A stretch of DNA of 64,000 bases from Candidatus Moraniibacteriota bacterium (GTDB lineage: Bacteria > Patescibacteriota > Minisyncoccia > Moranbacterales > UBA1568), in assembly GCA_028688415.1 (NCBI GenBank), contig JAQTYF010000001.1:80627-144626 (forward strand). Direction: 5' to 3'. Positions 59,495 through 64,000 of this stretch are shown piece by piece. The position numbers and the translations under genes were made by a program. Each line of letters opens with the position of its first letter. Positions within the stretch are counted from its first letter, which is position 1. Below the pieces are notes generated by a model. It was given only the letters and a program-made list of their open reading frames with translations, was not told the origin of the DNA and made no database searches.

Positions 59495-61213
59495 ATGAAG
59501 CTTTATTGTATTTCAGGGAATAAAAAGAAACTTGATCATTATCAAGAATTGCAAAAGATATTTTCTTCACGTCTTTTTGACATTGTTCCCAAAGAGATAA
59601 CTACTTCCGAAATACAGTCAGTAAAAGGAGAAGAGGTTGTCCGGGAGAAAATGAATCAAATACGTAAACAAACATCGATGCCTTTTATTGTTGATGATGT
59701 TTCTTTGCTTGTTGGATCGAATGCTTACCCAGGAGCACTAATAAAGCATCTACTAGAAAATAATAATACCGAAACGATACCACAATTCTTGCCAGACAAA
59801 ACACCTGTTGTAGTGGTTTGTTATCTCGGATATTTTGATGGTTTTGACTCTTTCATATTTAAGGGTGAGTTACGAGGAGAAACTCACTTTGATTCTTTGG
59901 ATGTCCGTGCCCCGATTCAGTTGGATACTCTCATCTTTGCTCATGGTGTCCCTCTTGGTGTTGTTGATTCTACCGAAAATCATCGAGGGAAAGCCTTTCA
60001 GGAATTAGTGAAACACATTGAATCAGTCAGAGAAGAGCGTGAACGACATAATGTACAGGTAGCTGAACGTTGGAGCAAACGAGCAAACGAGTGGCAATCA
60101 GTACGTGAGGATGTTGCGTCCTATGTGAATCATGAGAATGGCTATGATCGTTTCGATACTGAAGTAAACCGTATTTTGCCTTTTATATTTGGTACGGCTA
60201 TTGATGTTGGTTGCGGTGATGGAGCTGTCACGAGGCTTATTTCCTCGAATGCGAACATAAAGAACATCATTGGAATGGACATCAGTTCAGAAATGATCCA
60301 AACAGCTACAAAGAACACAACAGACAGTCGAATTCGGTATGAAGTTAGTTCATTTTTGAATACTAATAAAAGAAAGTATCATCTTATCACCTCGAGAGGT
60401 GTCGTGTTGTCGCATATGCATAAGACAGATGTTCTTCCGACGCTTATAGCGTTTGCAGAGTCTCTTGAGACAGATGGTTTCCTCGTCTTTGATTATATTA
60501 GTAATATAGATAACAATGATGATGCAGGGAGAATGCAGAAAAATCAGTTGAGTAAAGAGTGGATCCTTGCCGTTTTGACAGAGCTTGGGCTCGTAAATAT
60601 TTCGTATAACGGATCCGAGACTCATAGAGTGAGTATACTCGTATTTCATAAACCAATTCCACAATCAGTATATTTTGCCACTGGCAATGCTACCAAGGTT
60701 CTCGAACTGAAAAATAAATGTAAGAATCATATCATTCATTTGGCAAATGTTGATGTTACAGAAATCAAGAGTGATGACATTGTGGAGATTGCAAAAGATA
60801 AGGCAATGAAGAGTTACACTGTATTACATCACCCTGTCATTGTGACCGATGGAGGTATATTTATTCATGCGTTGAATGAATTCCCTGGTCCAAATTCTAA
60901 ACAGGCAGCGATGCTTCTCGGGCCAAAAAAGATACTCGCCTTGATGGAGAATGAAATTGATAGAACTGCTATCAGGCGAAATTGTATGGTTTTTTTTGAC
61001 GGACATAACTATAAAATTTGTATTGCAGAAGTACCTCTTCTTATAAGTCATGATATTACGACGAGTAAATATGATGCCTATCCATTGGATTCTATACTGA
61101 TACCAATACATACTGACAATCTTAAAAAACAAACCTATAAGCAAATGACTGTTACGGAACGCTTGATGTTTACCGAATTACCATTTTTTGAAGAATTCCT
61201 TGCTACACTTTGA
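59495..61213 (+). CDS. Ham1/ITPase - class I SAM methyltransferase - Ham1/ITPase fusion
   Basis: Domain 1: SGNKKK, EIQ, IVDD, YPG, HRGKA. Middle: IDVGCGDG. Domain 3: ATGNATK, AKDKA, VTDGG...L.EFPG. Confidence 0.75.
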   Translation: MKLYCISGNKKKLDHYQELQKIFSSRLFDIVPKEITTSEIQSVKGEEVVREKMNQIRKQTSMPFIVDDVSLLVGSNAYPGALIKHLLENNNTETIPQFLPDKTPVVVVCYLGYFDGFDSFIFKGELRGETHFDSLDVRAPIQLDTLIFAHGVPLGVVDSTENHRGKAFQELVKHIESVREERERHNVQVAERWSKRANEWQSVREDVASYVNHENGYDRFDTEVNRILPFIFGTAIDVGCGDGAVTRLISSNANIKNIIGMDISSEMIQTATKNTTDSRIRYEVSSFLNTNKRKYHLITSRGVVLSHMHKTDVLPTLIAFAESLETDGFLVFDYISNIDNNDDAGRMQKNQLSKEWILAVLTELGLVNISYNGSETHRVSILVFHKPIPQSVYFATGNATKVLELKNKCKNHIIHLANVDVTEIKSDDIVEIAKDKAMKSYTVLHHPVIVTDGGIFIHALNEFPGPNSKQAAMLLGPKKILALMENEIDRTAIRRNCMVFFDGHNYKICIAEVPLLISHDITTSKYDAYPLDSILIPIHTDNLKKQTYKQMTVTERLMFTELPFFEEFLATL

Positions 61214-61288
61214 CAATTGACTCTTTTGAGAATAGTAAATGGTGGTGCAATAATGCAACATCATGCCTATTCTGAAAAGGAGAGAGCG

Positions 61289-61867
61289 ATGAAAAAGATA
61301 ACTATCTGTGTTTTTGGTGTCAATGGTGTTGGCAAGTCAGTTCTTTTGGAAGCTGTGCAGGATATACATCCTGATGCTATTGTTGTGCGTGGAAGTACTC
61401 TCCTCAAAGAGGCTTTGAGCGTAGCTTCTTATGAAGCTCTGGAATCGATGTCTTCATGCGTGAAGAAGAAGGCAATAATCGATAGTATCATAGCGCTGAC
61501 TGAGGATACGAAAAGTCCTATCACAATAGTGGACACACATTTGGTTGTGCCTATCCGTAAATCTCATGAATTGACTGTCGAAGATATGTGGGATGATGGA
61601 TTGCTTGGATGCTTTCAAGGCTTCATTTACATTCAGGCACATCCATCGATGGTTTCTGAACGACGTCAGATCAACGGAGATCGCGTATTACGTGCTCTCA
61701 ATTCCAGTTCAGAGGTCTGCTCTGAGGATCTTCGGTTGAATGCTTGTCGTTGGGATGAGATTTGCCCGAAGATGCAGAACAAGAAAGTGATAGTGAATGA
61801 CCAGTCAGTGTTTATTGGAGCGATGAAGATATCTCACTTCATCAGAGAATTGCAGGTATCTTTTTGA
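61289..61867 (+). CDS. P-loop nucleoside monophosphate kinase-like protein
   Basis: GVNGVGKS Walker A, IVDTH and ERR lid motif; AAGGAG RBS before ATG 61289. Confidence 0.7.
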   Translation: MKKITICVFGVNGVGKSVLLEAVQDIHPDAIVVRGSTLLKEALSVASYEALESMSSCVKKKAIIDSIIALTEDTKSPITIVDTHLVVPIRKSHELTVEDMWDDGLLGCFQGFIYIQAHPSMVSERRQINGDRVLRALNSSSEVCSEDLRLNACRWDEICPKMQNKKVIVNDQSVFIGAMKISHFIRELQVSF

Positions 61868-61890
61868 CTTCACGAGATGTTGTGCGAGAG

Positions 61891-61928
61891 ATGGGCGTTC
61901 CGAATAATATTTGGAGCCCCATTTTTTT
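61891..61928 (+). terminator. Intrinsic terminator
   Basis: GGGCGTTCCGAAT/ATTTGGAGCCC hairpin followed by a T-run. Confidence 0.6.
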
Positions 61929-61975
61929 ATGTAAAGCTATTTTTTATGATAAAATAGGGTATAATCAAATAAAAT

Positions 61976-62761
61976 ATGTTAAATCTTTTGAAAAAAATAC
62001 TCATTGTAGGAAGTACTCACGGTCACGAAAGGATCGGTTTAAAGGTGATCGATGAATTGAAAAAACTGAATGTAGGGAGCGATGTGCTTCAGTTTGAAGT
62101 TGGCAATCCAAGGGCTTCAGAAAAAAACATTCCTTTTACTGAGAATGATTTGAATCGTGTTTTTCCAGGGAAAGAACATGGTACCTATGAAGAAATGCGA
62201 GCGTATGAATTGTCTCCGAAAATCAAAGAATCGGACTTGGTGATAGATATCCATTCGACAAATACTACAGATCTGAGTGATAGATCCGTGCTTATAGTGA
62301 CTAGCTATAACCAGGCGACGAAAGATATTATAGACGTAATCAAGCCACCCAAGGTTCTCTATATGAAGTATAAAGGAGACAACGCATTAATCTCTCAAGC
62401 AAAAGTTGGTATAGCTTTCGAATATGGTAAAGATTCGAGTACTGAAGTACTCAATGCTATTTTGTATGATATCGCAGAAGTATTGATGTATTACGGTCTT
62501 GTGGAAAAAAATCCCTATAAAACGATCAAACCTATAACTGAAACTGAAATATTTGAAGTGTATGATGTATTCAAGAAAGATTTCGTCGGTCCTCACAAAT
62601 TTTATCCAAATATAAAAAATTTCGTAAATGTAGCGAAAGGTGAGACAATCTGTAGTACAGAGAGTGATGAGCAGATACTCGCAGAAGAAGATTTTATACC
62701 AATATTATTTGGCGAGAACAGATATACGGATATACTCGGGTTCAAGGCGAAGAAGATTTAA
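61976..62761 (+). CDS. Succinylglutamate desuccinylase/aspartoacylase (M14-like) family protein
   Basis: HGHE, DLNRVFPG, IDIHS and EYG motifs. Confidence 0.85.
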   Translation: MLNLLKKILIVGSTHGHERIGLKVIDELKKLNVGSDVLQFEVGNPRASEKNIPFTENDLNRVFPGKEHGTYEEMRAYELSPKIKESDLVIDIHSTNTTDLSDRSVLIVTSYNQATKDIIDVIKPPKVLYMKYKGDNALISQAKVGIAFEYGKDSSTEVLNAILYDIAEVLMYYGLVEKNPYKTIKPITETEIFEVYDVFKKDFVGPHKFYPNIKNFVNVAKGETICSTESDEQILAEEDFIPILFGENRYTDILGFKAKKI

Positions 62762-62942
62762 TAATACACACTATTTTTTGCAAAAAATGGGGATTTGGGG
62801 TAGAACATGAGTGCAAGAAGTGCCTTTTTTTTGAAGAAGAGAGTTTTTAGATTTTTGACAGTTTTATACTTCTGATGTATTGTTTTATTTTAGTCGAATG
62901 AATCAATAATTCATTTTTTAAACTTTATTTTTTAAAAAATAC

Positions 62943-64000
62943 ATGAACACAATAGATACATCTGATAATATTAAGGGAAACAGTGAAGTTAATGTGAGTA
63001 AATTTGGAGTAGCTCCACAATTGGATGGTTACTATTTTTCACCAGAAAGAGCAAGAGAAGCGAGAGATCAGGGGCGACTATTGTCTATAAGGATTGAGCC
63101 AAGTTTTCGGTGTAATTTACGTTGTGAGTATTGTTATAATAAAAATTATCAATCTTTACCTGATGAAATTAGTTATTCTGAATTGGAAGACATTATTTAT
63201 CAAGCAAAAGAACTCGGCGCTGAATCTATTGTGAATATCGGAGGAGGGGAACCGACCATTTACCCTCGATTTAAGGATTTGACGATATTTATTAATTCGC
63301 TAGGTATGGTCCCTGTTATTTTCACGAACGCTCAAACAATGACAAAGGATCTCGCAAAGTTTTTATTTGATAATAACGTTTCGGTAATTATTAAATTTGA
63401 TTCATTAACGGAAAGTATACAAGATTCTTTATCAGGAGTGAAGGGTGCTCACAGAAATATTATGCAAGGGCTGGATAATTTATTGAAGGCCGGTTATGCT
63501 CACACAAAAAGTGACCAAAAGCTTAAATTAGGAGCCTCGTTCGTTATAAGCAAGAAGAATGCACATGAAGTTGTTGGCTTGTGGAAATTTTGTAGAGAGC
63601 GGAAAATATTTCCAAACTTGGAGATGATGACTCCTAATGAAACAGGAACGAATGCTGAGAAAAATCTTTTAAGCAGACAAGAATGGAAAGAAATTAAAAT
63701 GCAACTTCTGGAAATTGACCGGAACGACTACGGTTTTGATTGGTTACCATTTACTCCCTTAGTTGGAAGTGGTTGTTTCCAGTTAATGTATAGTTTTTAT
63801 ATTACTGCAAGAGGATTTGTTCGCCCATGCGCTGCGATTGAAGTAGAATACGCAAATATAAAAGATTATTCTTTAAAAAATATAATGAAACTTCCTTTTT
63901 ATCAGATGGCAAGAAATATTGACAAACATTTACAGGGGAAGTGTGGTGGATGTAAACATATATTAAATTGTCTGGGGTGTAGAGGAATGGCGTTCTCAAT
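62943..64000 (+). CDS. Radical SAM/SPASM domain protein (runs off the window; absent from the ORF track)
   Basis: Hand translation from ATG 62943 gives CNLRCEYC, GGGEPT, GC..G.VRPC and KCGGC..NCLGCR. Confidence 0.85.
   Translation, partial: MNTIDTSDNIKGNSEVNVSKFGVAPQLDGYYFSPERAREARDQGRLLSIRIEPSFRCNLRCEYCYNKNYQSLPDEISYSELEDIIYQAKELGAESIVNIGGGEPTIYPRFKDLTIFINSLGMVPVIFTNAQTMTKDLAKFLFDNNVSVIIKFDSLTESIQDSLSGVKGAHRNIMQGLDNLLKAGYAHTKSDQKLKLGASFVISKKNAHEVVGLWKFCRERKIFPNLEMMTPNETGTNAEKNLLSRQEWKEIKMQLLEIDRNDYGFDWLPFTPLVGSGCFQLMYSFYITARGFVRPCAAIEVEYANIKDYSLKNIMKLPFYQMARNIDKHLQGKCGGCKHILNCLGCRGMAFS

Noticed and set aside
61864..62055. 63-aa ORF
   Set aside because: Spans a terminator and the next gene's promoter and start; likely spurious.
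1..64000. Many overlapping or antisense ORFs in the track (e.g. 6548-7393, 50175-51167, 33487-34260, 54990-55724)
   Set aside because: Shadows of well-supported + strand genes; no motifs or RBS.
1..64000. CRISPR array, tRNA, rRNA, transposase/integrase, reverse transcriptase/DGR
   Set aside because: No regularly spaced direct repeats, cloverleaf signatures or matching protein motifs seen by eye.
1..64000. Alternative genetic code (TGA recoding)
   Set aside because: Genes are full length under code 11 and TGA is used as a stop, including ATGA overlaps.

Overview
Core-genome segment of a reduced bacterium. Gene content and style suggest Patescibacteria/CPR (Parcubacteria-like); this is inference. 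It uses standard code 11 and nearly all genes are on the + strand. Contents: NrdG-type activase, DEAD-box helicase, uvrB-uvrA-uvrC-uvrA2, a type IV pilus cluster (pilC, minor pilins, pilMNO), rlmN, miaB, xth, rarA, bcp, pepA, mraZ-rsmH-ftsL-ftsI-murF, khpA, the rmlC/B/D/A rhamnose genes, glyA, galU, glycosyltransferases, murJ, lepA, trxA, yjbQ and mltG. An AT-rich accessory tail (~59.2-64 kb) closes the window. No rRNA, tRNA, CRISPR array or transposase was seen. Three signals are not explained by the gene list. (1) A dispersed set of 87-212 nt intergenic hairpin elements: seven full-length plus fragments. Two sub-families show compensatory base changes, conserved loops and strand-consistent G-U pairs, and the copies share a related outer-stem motif. 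(2) Short palindromic repeats inserted in frame into uvrB, uvrC and pepA, with a free intergenic relative of one of them. (3) A Ham1-methyltransferase-Ham1 fusion followed by an NMP-kinase gene, preceded by an apparent thymidylate-synthase-like gene remnant, next to an aspartoacylase-family gene and a radical SAM/SPASM gene.
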